Source: an uncultured Clostridia bacterium | Lineage (GTDB): Bacteria; Bacillota; Clostridia; TANB77; CAG-508 | Direction: 5' to 3' | NCBI GenBank assembly: GCA_949746675.1 | Contig: CATKDT010000033.1 | Coordinates: 2,032-66,031, forward strand | DNA: 64,000 nucleotides | Shown here: in pieces, positions 1 through 10,470 of the stretch | Numbering within the stretch: the stretch's first letter is position 1 | Layout of the letters: every line of letters starts with the position of its first letter | Made by a program: the position numbers and the translations under genes | Notes under the pieces: generated by a model | Told to the model about the DNA's origin: nothing | Database searches by the model: none | What the model saw: only the letters and a program-made list of their open reading frames with translations

Positions 1-1397
1 TTACAACAGTAGATGGAAAAACAGAGATGACAAATCAAATATGGGTATATCTAGAAAACTTTTATAGAGCGGAAATGAATATTGCACAAAGAATTAATGG
101 ATTGCAAAATAGTACGAATACAAAAAAGATAAACGACTTAAATAAAATAATAAAAAAAGTTATAGATATAGAACCATCTGAAAAGCAAAGAGAAGCTTTA
201 GATATAATAAATAACAACAATGTATCAATTATTACAGGTGGACCAGGAACAGGAAAAACAACTATAATAAAAACAGTAATAAATATTTATAAAAGTCTAG
301 GAAAGAAAACTGTTTTATGTGCACCAACTGGAAGGGCTGCAAAGCGTATGACAGAAGCAACAGGAGAAGAAGCAAAAACATTGCATAGACTACTTGAAAT
401 AGGAAAAACAGTAGAAGAAAAGCCTAACCCTAACATGAATGTATCACCAATTGATGCGGATGTAGTAATTATTGACGAAATGTCAATGGTAGATTTATTT
501 TTAATGAACTATGTTTTAAATGGGATATTTAAAGGAACAAAACTAGTACTTGTAGGAGATATTGACCAGCTTCCATCAGTAGGACCTGGAAATGTTTTGC
601 AAGATTTAATTGAATCAAAAAAAGTGCCATATATTGCATTAAATAAAATCTTTAGGCAAGCTGCTAAAAGTAAAATAATAGTAAATTCGCATAAAGTAAA
701 TGAAGGAATAAATTTTATAGGAGAAATAAATCAAGAAGAAGACACTATAGATGACTTCGAATTTATAAGTGATAGTAATACCAAAAACTTACAAGAAAGA
801 ATATTGGACTTATATAAAATAGATGTACAAGTTATAACGCCAACTAAAAAAGGAGAACTTGGAACAAAAACTTTAAATAAATTAATTCAAGATAAAATAA
901 ATCCAGAAGATACAAAGAAAAATGAGAAAAAGTTTGGAGACATAATTTTTAGAGAAGGCGACAAAATAATGCAAACAAAAAATAATTATGACATTGAATG
1001 GTATAAAGAGAATTTACAAAAGGAAAATGGAATTGAATATGGAAGTGGTGTATTTAATGGAGAAATGGGAATAATAACACAAATAAATAGTTATGAAGGA
1101 ACAATAACAATAAATTTTGAAGATGGAAAAATGGCAAATTATGCATATTCTGATTTAGAACAATTAGAACATGCATATGCAATAACAGTACATAAATCTC
1201 AGGGGAGTGAATTTGAAACAGTAATAATGCCAATATTAAATGCAGCACAGATGTTATTAACTAGAAATGTACTTTATACTGGAATGACAAGAGCAAAGAA
1301 AAAGCTAATAATTATGGGAAATGAAGGTATAATAGAATATATGATAAATAATGTAAATAGTAAAAAACGAAATTCAGGATTAAAATGTAAGCTATAA
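1..1397 (+). CDS. recD2: RecD2-type ATP-dependent DNA helicase, C-terminal ~460 aa (5' end lies outside the window)
   Basis: The frame is open from base 3 to the window edge. Walker A GGPGTGKTT, Walker B VVIIDEMSMVD, and SF1 motifs LVLVGDIDQLPSVGPG and YAITVHKSQGSEF are present. Confidence 0.85.
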   Translation, partial: TTVDGKTEMTNQIWVYLENFYRAEMNIAQRINGLQNSTNTKKINDLNKIIKKVIDIEPSEKQREALDIINNNNVSIITGGPGTGKTTIIKTVINIYKSLGKKTVLCAPTGRAAKRMTEATGEEAKTLHRLLEIGKTVEEKPNPNMNVSPIDADVVIIDEMSMVDLFLMNYVLNGIFKGTKLVLVGDIDQLPSVGPGNVLQDLIESKKVPYIALNKIFRQAAKSKIIVNSHKVNEGINFIGEINQEEDTIDDFEFISDSNTKNLQERILDLYKIDVQVITPTKKGELGTKTLNKLIQDKINPEDTKKNEKKFGDIIFREGDKIMQTKNNYDIEWYKENLQKENGIEYGSGVFNGEMGIITQINSYEGTITINFEDGKMANYAYSDLEQLEHAYAITVHKSQGSEFETVIMPILNAAQMLLTRNVLYTGMTRAKKKLIIMGNEGIIEYMINNVNSKKRNSGLKCKL

Positions 1398-1443
1398 AAA
1401 GACAAAAATAACCAAAAATTTTAAAAAAATTTGCCAAAAAGTA

Positions 1444-1472
1444 TTGACAAATAACAAAAATACATTTACAAT
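1444..1472 (+). promoter_or_regulatory. sigmaA-type promoter for the 1519 gene
   Basis: TTGACA (1444-1449), a 17-nt spacer, then TACAAT (1467-1472). AGGAGG lies ahead of the ATG at 1519. Confidence 0.5.
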
Positions 1473-1518
1473 ATAAAGTGTATAAATAAGATTAGATAAA
1501 ATTTTAGGAGGAATAATA

Positions 1519-2082
1519 ATGAAAAAGTTAATGAAAATTGCTTTAATATTTGTAGTAATGGCATCATTTATTATATCAATATCTTCAGTAAAAGCTATGT
1601 CAAAATCAGATTTTATAAGCTATTTAAATAATAAATTTCCAGGAGAAGCATCAAGAATTCAAACACTAGAAGGAATAATAGAAAGCAAAAATATATCATC
1701 AGCTACACTTGATAGTGTTGTATCTAATATAAACACAATCTGTTCAACAATAGGAGATGTAAGAGATATAGAAGAAATAAAGAAAATGAATGGAGTTATA
1801 AGTTTAGCAAAAAGTACAGCTAATCTTTTAGGATTAACAGTTGAAGTTAAAGATAACAACACTATAACAATAAAGGATGGAGCAAAAACAATAGAAACAC
1901 TTAATGTAAATGATTTAAAAAATCTTATAGTAAAACAAGATGTAAAAGGTGCACAAAATAATACTGTTATAAACAAAACAGAAGCACCAAAGACTGGTGT
2001 ATCATATCTTAACATAATTATTGCATTAGGAGTAATAGCAGTTGCAGTATTAGGAATAATCTTTTTATCAAAGAAAAAATAA
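1519..2082 (+). CDS. Secreted surface protein with a C-terminal sortase sorting signal (APKTG + TM helix + KKK)
   Basis: N-terminal signal peptide MKKLMKIALIFVVMASFIISISSVKA. The C-terminus is EAPKTG-VSYLNIIIALGVIAVAVLGIIFL-SKKK. A strong RBS precedes it and a sortase B gene lies directly downstream. Confidence 0.6.
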   Translation: MKKLMKIALIFVVMASFIISISSVKAMSKSDFISYLNNKFPGEASRIQTLEGIIESKNISSATLDSVVSNINTICSTIGDVRDIEEIKKMNGVISLAKSTANLLGLTVEVKDNNTITIKDGAKTIETLNVNDLKNLIVKQDVKGAQNNTVINKTEAPKTGVSYLNIIIALGVIAVAVLGIIFLSKKK

Positions 2083-2112
2083 TTTGGTAAACAAATTTTA
2101 TAAAATAAATTA

Positions 2113-2137
2113 GTGGAAGAGAAATCTTCCACTTTTT
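2113..2137 (+). terminator. Rho-independent terminator
   Basis: GTGGAAGA-gaaa-TCTTCCAC followed by TTTTT. Confidence 0.6.
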
Positions 2138-2217
2138 ATGTTATAATTAGATACAAAATTAATTAAAAAAATGTCGAAAATATTCGAAAAGATTATAAAA
2201 AATAATTAATATTGTAC

Positions 2218-2246
2218 TTGACAAGTTCGAACAATTGTTTTATAAT
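2218..2246 (+). promoter_or_regulatory. sigmaA-type promoter for srtB
   Basis: TTGACA (2218-2223), a 17-nt spacer, then TATAAT (2241-2246). Confidence 0.5.
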
Positions 2247-2342
2247 TCTAGAAAAGATTTATAAAATTAAACTTATACGTTTTTAAATAATCTTGTATTT
2301 ACAATATTAAAATGGTAAAATATTAAACGAAAGGATAAAATA

Positions 2343-3158
2343 ATGAAAATGAGTAAAATAAGAAAATTTATAATTTTAATATTAGTACTTGTAATAATAG
2401 GTGCAGTAAGCTATTTAGGAATAGAAGGATATAAACTATATAAGCAAAAAGCAAAGTATGATGACTTAGCAAAATTTTTAATGTCAAATACAACAAATAA
2501 TAATGAACAAAGAGTAGAAATTGAAAATGTAATTAATGAACCACAAATTGTAGTAACAGATAGAATGGAAAAAGTTAAGGAATTAAATAAAAATAATAGT
2601 GATATTGTTGGATGGATAGAAATTCCTAATACAACAGTTAATTATCCAGTTTTAAAAGGAAAAGATAATTCATATTACTTAAATCATGACTATGAGAAGA
2701 AATTTAGCAATTTAGGTTCTATTTTTCTTGACAAAGACGTTGACATTGAAAAACCATCAACTAATCTTTTAATGTATGGACACAGAAATAAAAGTAATAT
2801 GATGTTTGAACAAGTATATAAATATAGAAGTGAAGCATTTTACAAAGAGCATCCTAATATTAGAGTTACTACATTAAAATGTGATAGTGAATACACTGTA
2901 ATAGGCGCGATGTATGCAAAATCTTATGAATTTAATGAAGACTTAGATGGAAGTGCATTTAAATTCTATAACTTTATAGAAGCAAACAATGAAGAAGAAT
3001 TTGATAATTATATAAATAACATAAAAAGTAATTCAGTTTATAATATTAATGAAACTGCAAGATATGGAGATAAATTAATTACATTATGCACATGCGAATA
3101 TACACAGAAAAATGGAAGATTTATAGTAGTAGCTAAAAAGACATATAATATACAATAA
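2343..3158 (+). CDS. srtB: Class B sortase
   Basis: N-terminal TM anchor. SrtB-type block NSDIVGWIEIPNTTVNYPVLKGKDNSYYLNHDY, catalytic His in LLMYGHRNK, catalytic Cys in LITLCTCEY, and Arg in GRFIVVAKK. Confidence 0.85.
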   Translation: MKMSKIRKFIILILVLVIIGAVSYLGIEGYKLYKQKAKYDDLAKFLMSNTTNNNEQRVEIENVINEPQIVVTDRMEKVKELNKNNSDIVGWIEIPNTTVNYPVLKGKDNSYYLNHDYEKKFSNLGSIFLDKDVDIEKPSTNLLMYGHRNKSNMMFEQVYKYRSEAFYKEHPNIRVTTLKCDSEYTVIGAMYAKSYEFNEDLDGSAFKFYNFIEANNEEEFDNYINNIKSNSVYNINETARYGDKLITLCTCEYTQKNGRFIVVAKKTYNIQ

Positions 3159-3265
3159 ATTAGAATAACTTTTCAAGACGTAAAGTACATAGAAAATTGT
3201 ATGTTGAAAGTTTACAAAAGCTAATACATTAAAATAGTTACTATAGTTTAGAAAGGATGGTATTT

Positions 3266-3857
3266 ATGAATAACAAATTAACTAGTATAATTCAGAGTTT
3301 ATTATGTTGTGTAGTATATGTTGCTTTAATATATATTGCGATTATGCTATTGGGAGGTAAATATATAAGTGAAGCCAATTCATATATAGAATTAATTTCA
3401 CCAAAATCTAATGATTTACAAAATACAAAACTTGAGATGGGAAAAAATGGATTGAAACTTAGACCAGAATATGGAAAATCATATGGAGAAGTTACAATTT
3501 CTTCTGTAGATATAAATTTACCATTATTTTTTGGTAACTCTTTAGAAGTTTTAAAAGATGGAATTGGTCAAAGCACAAGGGCATATTGCCCTCGGTGAGG
3601 GAAAAACGATAATTTTAAATGGACATAATACTGAAAAAAGTTTGAAGAAATTATATAAAGTTAATAAAAATGACATCATTTCAATAGATACAGAATATGG
3701 TTCATATTCATATAAAGTATATGATACTAAAGTTACAACTGAAAAAGATATTAATATAGAAACTGATAGAGAAAATTTAGTTATATATACAAGTTATCCT
3801 GAAAACAGTGTAGGAAATACTAGTAAAATATATGCGGTATATGCTAATTTGGAATAA
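3266..3857 (+). pseudogene. Class D (YhcS-like) sortase homologue, frameshifted at 3590-3595 and lacking the catalytic Cys and Arg
   Basis: Two overlapping ORFs (3257-3598 and 3558-3857) join if C3593 is removed, giving ...GIGQSTRAYCPGEGKTIILNGHN.... The C-terminus LVIYTSYPENSVGNTSKIYAVYA aligns with the sortase motif L.LTTCYP...G....R but has Ser for Cys and Ile for Arg. The start was chosen at the ATG 8 nt after AAAGGA. Confidence 0.7.
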
Positions 3858-3922
3858 GTCTTATAATACGTAATTTCTATAGAAAACTATCAATTGCTAT
3901 AAACAAGTGAAAGGAAGGATAA

Positions 3923-4720
3923 ATGAAAAAAATAGTTATATTTATATTAAATTATTTATTAATAATTTTAGTAATATTAGTAAGCATTTTATTAATACTA
4001 TCAAATACTGTATTAAAGAAAAATTATATTGAAACAAGTTTAGAGAAATCAGGATTTTATAATGAATTAAACATAGAAATTCAAAATGAGTTTGATACAT
4101 ATCTTGCACAAGTCGGAATTGAAGACAAAGCATTAAAAGATTTATATACATTACAAGAACTTAAAAATGATATAAGCAATACTTTAGAGGCAATATATAA
4201 TAATAAAGCTATCAATACAAGTAGTTCATTAATGACAGAAAAGATAAAATCAAAATTACAAACATATACAAAAAATACAGAAGGGATTGCATCAACTCTT
4301 ACCAACGCATACAACAAAAAGGTAGTAATTTCATCAAAATACATAAATGCTATTGGACCAAAATTTGAAAAATTAATTTCAATGATAAATATGGGAATTA
4401 TAGCTATTGCAGTAATATTTGTTATTGTATTAGTTATAATGTGTGCTATAATAGGTAATTTTAAAGTTATAATAAATCATGTAGGGATACTACTATGCTC
4501 ATCAGGTATATTAAGTATTATAATAAAAGTACTTTTGGGAAATAGATTTAGGCATATATTTTTATTAAACCAAGCGTTCTCAACTGGAATAGTATACATA
4601 ATTAATGATATCATTAATAAAATAATGAGTGTTGGAATTGGATTTACAGTTATAGGCATTGTATTCATAATATGTGGAAAATATAAAGAGATTGATCAAA
4701 ATAAAGAAATGGAGAGTTAG
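3923..4720 (+). CDS. Polytopic membrane protein, function unknown
   Basis: RBS GAAAGGAAGG. There is an N-terminal TM helix and several C-terminal hydrophobic helices. I recognised no motif. Confidence 0.5.
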   Translation: MKKIVIFILNYLLIILVILVSILLILSNTVLKKNYIETSLEKSGFYNELNIEIQNEFDTYLAQVGIEDKALKDLYTLQELKNDISNTLEAIYNNKAINTSSSLMTEKIKSKLQTYTKNTEGIASTLTNAYNKKVVISSKYINAIGPKFEKLISMINMGIIAIAVIFVIVLVIMCAIIGNFKVIINHVGILLCSSGILSIIIKVLLGNRFRHIFLLNQAFSTGIVYIINDIINKIMSVGIGFTVIGIVFIICGKYKEIDQNKEMES

Positions 4721-7700
4721 ATGTTACAAGGAAAGTTTGTACACTTACATATGCATAGTGAGTTTAGTTTATTAGATGGAGCCAATAGAATAAAAGATAT
4801 TCCAGTAAGAGCAAAAGAACTTGGAATGGATGCTGTTGCGATAACAGACCATGGAGTGATGTTTGGAGTTATTGACTTTTATAAAGAATGTAAAGCAAAT
4901 GGAATAAAACCGATAATTGGATGCGAAGTTTATGTTGCTCCTAGAAAAATGACTGACAAAGACCCAACTATAGATGGAAAGTATAACCACTTAATTTTAC
5001 TTGCAAAAAATAATGAGGGATACAAAAATTTAATAAAATTAGTATCATTAGGGTTTACTGATGGATTTTATTATAAGCCTAGAATTGATAAAGAAGCAAT
5101 ATCAAAATACCATAAAGGCATTATTTGCTCAAGTGCTTGTTTAGCAGGAGAAGTTGCAGCAAATATCACGAAAGGCGAGATGGAAAAGGCAAAAGAAGTT
5201 GCATTGTGGTATAAAAATATTTTTGGTGAAGACTATTATCTTGAAATTCAAAATAATGGAATAAAAGAACAAGCACTCGTAAATCAAAAATTAATTCAAA
5301 TGTCTAGAGAACTAGATATTCCATTAGTTGCAACAAATGACTCTCACTATACTAGAAAGGAAGATGCCTATAATCATGAGGTATTACTATGTATTCAGAC
5401 AGGAAAAAGAATGTCTGATGAAGACAGAATGAAGTTTGATACTGATGAATTATACATAAAATCGCCAGAAGAAATGATTGAATATTTTGAAGCAGTACCA
5501 GAGGCTATTGAAAACTCTGTAAAAATTGCAGAACAATGTAATGTTGAGTTTGACTTTGGACATCCAATACTTCCAAACTATGATGTACCAGAAGAATTCA
5601 AAACACATTATGATTATTTAGAGAAACTGGCAAATGATGGGATTGAAAAAAGGTATGGAAAAAATCCATCAAAGGAAATAATTGAAAGAAAAGAATTTGA
5701 GTTAGGTGTAATCAAAAAAATGGGATATGTAGATTATTTTCTAATAGTATGGGACTATGTAAACTATGCCAAATCACATGGTATACCAGTAGGACCAGGG
5801 AGAGGATCAGGAGCTGGTTCAATTATTGCATATGCAATAGAAATAACAGATATTGATCCAATAAGATATAATCTTCTTTTTGAAAGATTTTTAAACCCAG
5901 AAAGAATAAGCATGCCTGATTTTGATATTGATTTTGATTTCGAAAAAAGAGAAGATGTAATAAATTATGTTGCACAAAAATATGGACAGGACCATGTTTC
6001 ACAGATTATAACTTTTGGAACAATGGCAGCAAAAATGGTAATTAGAGATGTTGGAAGAGTACTTGACTTCCCATATGCAGAAGCTGATAAGCTAGCAAAA
6101 ATGATACCAAATGAACTTCATATAACAATAAAAACTGCAATTGAGAAAAACGTTGAATTAAAAGAATTATATGAAGGAAATGAATATATAAAAAAACTGC
6201 TTGATATTGCAATGGCTTTAGAAGGAATGCCAAGGCAGGCATCAACTCATGCTTGTGGAATAATTATAGCAAGAGATCCAGTAGTTAGCTATGTTCCATT
6301 ATATGCAAGAGATAACATAATTTCAACACAATACATAATGACAACCCTAGAAGAGCTAGGCTTATTAAAAATGGACTTTTTAGGATTACGTACATTGACA
6401 GTTATAAGAGAAGCTTGTGAATTAGTAAAACAAAATAGAGGAATTGATGTAGAATTTGACAAGGACATGGCAGATCCGAAAGTTTATAAATTATGGCAAG
6501 ATGGAAACTCTGTTGGAATATTCCAATTTGAAAGTCAAGGAATGACAAACTTTATGAAAGATTTAAAACCAGATTGTTTAGAAGATATTATAGCTGGAGT
6601 TTCATTATATCGACCTGGACCAATGGATCAAATACCAAGATATATATTAAATAAAAAAGACCCTGATAATGCAATATATACACATCCAAGTCTTAAACCA
6701 ATATTAAATGTAACTTATGGATGTATGGTCTATCAAGAACAAGTTATGCAAATAGTTAGAGACTTAGCTGGATACTCTCTAGGAAGAGCTGACTTAGTTC
6801 GTAGAGCTATGGGAAAAAAGAAACTAGAAGTAATGGCGAAAGAAAGAGAAAATTTTGTTCATGGATTAACTGATGAAAATGGAAATGTAGAGATAAAAGG
6901 ATGTGTACGAAATGGAATTGATGAAGCATCAGCAAACAAAATATTTGATGAAATGGCAGAGTTTGCAAAATATGCCTTCAATAAGTCACATGCAGCATGT
7001 TATGCAGTTGTTGCTTATAGAACAGCATATTTAAAAGCATACTATACAGCAGAATTTATGGCAGCAATGTTAAATAGTTTTTTAGGAAATTTAGATAAAG
7101 TACCGATATACATAAATGAATGTAAGAAATTAAATATTCCAATTTTAAAGCCAGATATAAATAAAAGTATTACAAAATTTTCAGTTGAAGGGAATCAAAT
7201 AAGATTTGGACTTGGAAGTGTAAAAAATGTTGGAATAAATGCAATAGAAAATATAGTAAAAGAAAGAAATACAAATGGAGAATTTATTGATTTTACAGAT
7301 TTTTGCGAAAGAATTTATGGAGAACAAGTAAACAAAAAATGTGTGGAAAGTTTAATAAAGTCAGGAGCACTAGATAGATTTGGAAAAAATAGAGCAACAC
7401 TTTTAGCATCTTTTGAAAAAATAATTGATACGATTGCAGACTCTAATAACAGAGGATTCAAGGATCAAATATCTATGTTTGAAATAGCAAATACAGATGA
7501 CGAAATTCAAGAAATGAAATATGATTTTGTTGAGAAAGAAGAACTCACAGAAAAAGAACTATTGTCAATGGAAAAGGAAATGCTGGGTATCTATATTTCA
7601 GGACATCCTCTTGAAAAGTATAGAGAACAGATAGAAAAATTAAGTAACATAAATACGATGATGCTACAAGAAGCAAATGAAGCAATACAAACAACAGGAA

Positions 7701-8275
7701 ATTGTTTATTAAAGGATAATTCACAAATAAAATTAGTTGGAATTATTACAAATATTAAAAAGAAATATACAAAATCAAATAAAATAATGGCATTTATTAC
7801 AGTAGAAGATCTATATGGCTCATGTGAAGTAATTGTATTTGAAAGTTGCTATTTAATGGCATCAAAAGTATTATACGAAGAAAGTATTGTACAAATTGAT
7901 GGAAGAATAAGCATAAGAGAAGACCAAGACATTACAATGATTGCAAGTTCAATAAATGACATAAATGAAGCAAAAAGTATAAATAATTCTAATAGTATTT
8001 CAAATAGAGAAGGCAATTATAATGAGGATGATATAGGAAAAAAGATTGAAGTTAAAAGAAAAAAATTAGAAATAAACATAACTAATTTAACAGAAGAAGA
8101 AAAAGCAAAGCTTAGAGGAGCTATAAAGTTTTTTAGTGGAGATAGATGTAATTTGCTAATTTTTGTTAGACAAGGCGAAAAGGTAATGAGTTCTGGAGCA
8201 ATTTTTGCATATGAAAATACAATAAAAGAATTTGAAGAAATTGTAGGAAAAGAAAACTGTATACTAGATATATAA
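4721..8275 (+). CDS. dnaE: DNA polymerase III alpha subunit (DnaE type)
   Basis: PHP domain start FVHLHMHSEFSLLDGA. Polymerase core motifs GPGRGSGAGS, MPDFDIDF and FNKSHAACYA. The length is 1184 aa. Confidence 0.95.
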   Translation: MLQGKFVHLHMHSEFSLLDGANRIKDIPVRAKELGMDAVAITDHGVMFGVIDFYKECKANGIKPIIGCEVYVAPRKMTDKDPTIDGKYNHLILLAKNNEGYKNLIKLVSLGFTDGFYYKPRIDKEAISKYHKGIICSSACLAGEVAANITKGEMEKAKEVALWYKNIFGEDYYLEIQNNGIKEQALVNQKLIQMSRELDIPLVATNDSHYTRKEDAYNHEVLLCIQTGKRMSDEDRMKFDTDELYIKSPEEMIEYFEAVPEAIENSVKIAEQCNVEFDFGHPILPNYDVPEEFKTHYDYLEKLANDGIEKRYGKNPSKEIIERKEFELGVIKKMGYVDYFLIVWDYVNYAKSHGIPVGPGRGSGAGSIIAYAIEITDIDPIRYNLLFERFLNPERISMPDFDIDFDFEKREDVINYVAQKYGQDHVSQIITFGTMAAKMVIRDVGRVLDFPYAEADKLAKMIPNELHITIKTAIEKNVELKELYEGNEYIKKLLDIAMALEGMPRQASTHACGIIIARDPVVSYVPLYARDNIISTQYIMTTLEELGLLKMDFLGLRTLTVIREACELVKQNRGIDVEFDKDMADPKVYKLWQDGNSVGIFQFESQGMTNFMKDLKPDCLEDIIAGVSLYRPGPMDQIPRYILNKKDPDNAIYTHPSLKPILNVTYGCMVYQEQVMQIVRDLAGYSLGRADLVRRAMGKKKLEVMAKERENFVHGLTDENGNVEIKGCVRNGIDEASANKIFDEMAEFAKYAFNKSHAACYAVVAYRTAYLKAYYTAEFMAAMLNSFLGNLDKVPIYINECKKLNIPILKPDINKSITKFSVEGNQIRFGLGSVKNVGINAIENIVKERNTNGEFIDFTDFCERIYGEQVNKKCVESLIKSGALDRFGKNRATLLASFEKIIDTIADSNNRGFKDQISMFEIANTDDEIQEMKYDFVEKEELTEKELLSMEKEMLGIYISGHPLEKYREQIEKLSNINTMMLQEANEAIQTTGNCLLKDNSQIKLVGIITNIKKKYTKSNKIMAFITVEDLYGSCEVIVFESCYLMASKVLYEESIVQIDGRISIREDQDITMIASSINDINEAKSINNSNSISNREGNYNEDDIGKKIEVKRKKLEINITNLTEEEKAKLRGAIKFFSGDRCNLLIFVRQGEKVMSSGAIFAYENTIKEFEEIVGKENCILDI

Positions 8276-8459
8276 TAAATAAATTTTATAATATAAAAGG
8301 TCTAGTAATTGTAACAATACAATTAAGTATAGTATACCTAAAACACTATACTGATATAACATTTTATTGTAATTAGAACCAAAAATTTTCCATAAAAACT
8401 ATTGTAATTTTAACGATTAACTGGTATACTATGAGTATTAAAATTTAAGGAGGTCTATT

Positions 8460-8972
8460 ATGAGTGAAGAAAAAAAACAGAAAGTAGTAGATGAAAAAGA
8501 AGTTAAGGGAAAAATAGAAGAGGAAACAAATAATAACAATATAGAAATATCAAGTGATGTAGTAGCTGTAATTGCTGGGATGGCGGCATCAGAAGTTGCA
8601 GGAGTTGCTGAAATGGCAGGAGGATTTGCTGGTGGAATATCAGAAGTTCTTAGTGGAAAAAAGAATATGGCAAAGGGAATAAAAGTTGATATTCAAGGCA
8701 AAGAAGTAAAAATTGACGTTAACATTATAGTTGAATATGGAGCTAGAATACCAGATGTTGCATTTGAAATTCAAAAAAGAATAAAAAAATCAGTAGAAAG
8801 TATGACAGGTCTTTCAGCAAATGAAGTAAATGTACACGTTCAAGGAGTTATGACAGTTCAAGAAAAAGCAGAAGAAAAGAAAGAAGAAAACAAAAAGGAA
8901 ATAAAAAAAGAAGAGAAAGAAGAAGATAAAAAAACAACTAAGAAAGAAAGCAAAAAGGAAGTAAAGAAATAA
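8460..8972 (+). CDS. Asp23/Gls24-family alkaline shock protein with a Lys/Glu-rich tail
   Basis: ISSDVVAVIAGMAASEVAGVAEM and ARIPDVAFEIQKRIKKSVESMTGL are typical of Asp23. RBS AAGGAGG. Confidence 0.85.
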   Translation: MSEEKKQKVVDEKEVKGKIEEETNNNNIEISSDVVAVIAGMAASEVAGVAEMAGGFAGGISEVLSGKKNMAKGIKVDIQGKEVKIDVNIIVEYGARIPDVAFEIQKRIKKSVESMTGLSANEVNVHVQGVMTVQEKAEEKKEENKKEIKKEEKEEDKKTTKKESKKEVKK

Positions 8973-9109
8973 TAAATAATCAGTAATATATTAAGTAATA
9001 GAAACGAGAAAATAAAATCTAATAAAAGTACAAATAATAATAAAACTCAAAATAAAAAGATAAATTATAAAATTGATAAACTATTTTGTACTAATAGAAA
9101 GGAAAATAT

Positions 9110-9697
9110 ATGAAATTTCTAGAAAGATTAGGATTAGCTGTTTTTTCAATTATAGTATTAACACTTTCAATTGTATTAATATTAATAGGCGCAGGATTTA
9201 TAGAACCAACTATATTTAGCATATTAATAACAAAGATAGTTACAGTTCAAAACTATACTTATATATTATATGGTGTATGTGGAATTTTAGCATTACTTGC
9301 ACTAAAATGTCTATTTTTTACAACACCATCTGAAGATGATAATTATGATGAAGAAGGAATTCAGCTACAGAATGAAGATGGAACATTATTAATAACTAAA
9401 ACAACTTTATGTAATATAGTTGATGGAGTAGTTATGGAAATTCCAAAAGTACATACTTCACAAACAAATGTAATAATTGATAAAGAAGGAAATGTTTCAC
9501 TAGATGTTATAATAAATGTTGCAAATGGAGTTACAATAAAAGACGTTTCATCAAAATTACAATCTAAGATTAAGAAAACAGTTAAAGAATCAACTGACTT
9601 GGAGTTAAAGTTTGTAAATATACAAGTTATAAATGTCGAAATTGGAGACATTGAAGAAGTTGAAGAAGTAAAAGAGACTAAAGAGAGCAAATCTTAA
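9110..9697 (+). CDS. amaP: Alkaline shock response membrane anchor protein (AmaP-like)
   Basis: Two N-terminal TM helices followed by an Asp23-like soluble part. It sits directly after asp23, which is the conserved asp23-amaP-DUF2273 order. Confidence 0.7.
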   Translation: MKFLERLGLAVFSIIVLTLSIVLILIGAGFIEPTIFSILITKIVTVQNYTYILYGVCGILALLALKCLFFTTPSEDDNYDEEGIQLQNEDGTLLITKTTLCNIVDGVVMEIPKVHTSQTNVIIDKEGNVSLDVIINVANGVTIKDVSSKLQSKIKKTVKESTDLELKFVNIQVINVEIGDIEEVEEVKETKESKS

Positions 9698-9768
9698 GCA
9701 GAAAAATAAATAGTAAAATATAAGAGGATAATTGGAGTTTAGTAAATTTTGAAATACAAGAAACGGAG

Positions 9769-9978
9769 ATGAATATGGACGATTTTAAAAATTTCTTAAC
9801 AAAATATTGGGGAGCAATATTAGGAGGACTAATAGCTACAATATTATTATGCACAGGAGCATACAGATTATTAGTAGTAATAGTAATTTTAGTCTTAGGA
9901 ATTTGGGCAGGTAATTATTATCAAAACAACAAAGAAACAATAAAATCCAAATTAAAAAAAATAATTGATAAAATGTAG
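9769..9978 (+). CDS. Small integral membrane protein (DUF2273-like)
   Basis: 69 aa with two TM helices (YWGAILGGLIATILL..VVIVILVLGIWAGNYY). It is the third member of the asp23 operon. The start could instead be the ATG at 9775. Confidence 0.65.
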   Translation: MNMDDFKNFLTKYWGAILGGLIATILLCTGAYRLLVVIVILVLGIWAGNYYQNNKETIKSKLKKIIDKM

Positions 9979-10048
9979 TAACTATAAAACCGCCGAACAA
10001 AAGTAAATCTTTTTAAAGGCGGTTTATTATTAAAAATGGAGCAAGAAA

Positions 10049-10459
10049 ATGAATAGGTCAAAAGTAAGAGAAGAAACATTTAAACTATTATATAGTTTAC
10101 AAATATCCAAAGAAGAAGTAAAAGAACAGATTGATTTTTTTATTGAGGTTGAAGAAATTACAGATAAAGAAGCAAAAAAGTATATTAATAATACAATCCT
10201 AGGAATAGAAAAAGAAGAAAAAAATATAGAAAATCAAATAGAGCAAAACATAAAAGCAGGGTGGACAATTTCAAGAATATCAAAAATTGATTTAACTCTT
10301 TTAAAACTTGGAATATATGAAATTATATATACAAAATTACCATATAAAGTCGTAATAAACGAAGTTGTTGAGTTATCAAAAAAATATGGCGATGATTCTT
10401 CAAAAAGTTTTGTTAACGGTGTGTTAGCTAGTATTGTTAAGAAAAACGATATAATTTAA
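10049..10459 (+). CDS. nusB: Transcription antitermination factor NusB
   Basis: [14 protein letters not shown] at the N-terminus and [29 protein letters not shown] at the C-terminus. The nusB-xseA-xseB order is conserved. Confidence 0.85.
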   Translation: MNRSKVREETFKLLYSLQISKEEVKEQIDFFIEVEEITDKEAKKYINNTILGIEKEEKNIENQIEQNIKAGWTISRISKIDLTLLKLGIYEIIYTKLPYKVVINEVVELSKKYGDDSSKSFVNGVLASIVKKNDII

Positions 10460-10470
10460 GGAGTAATAAA

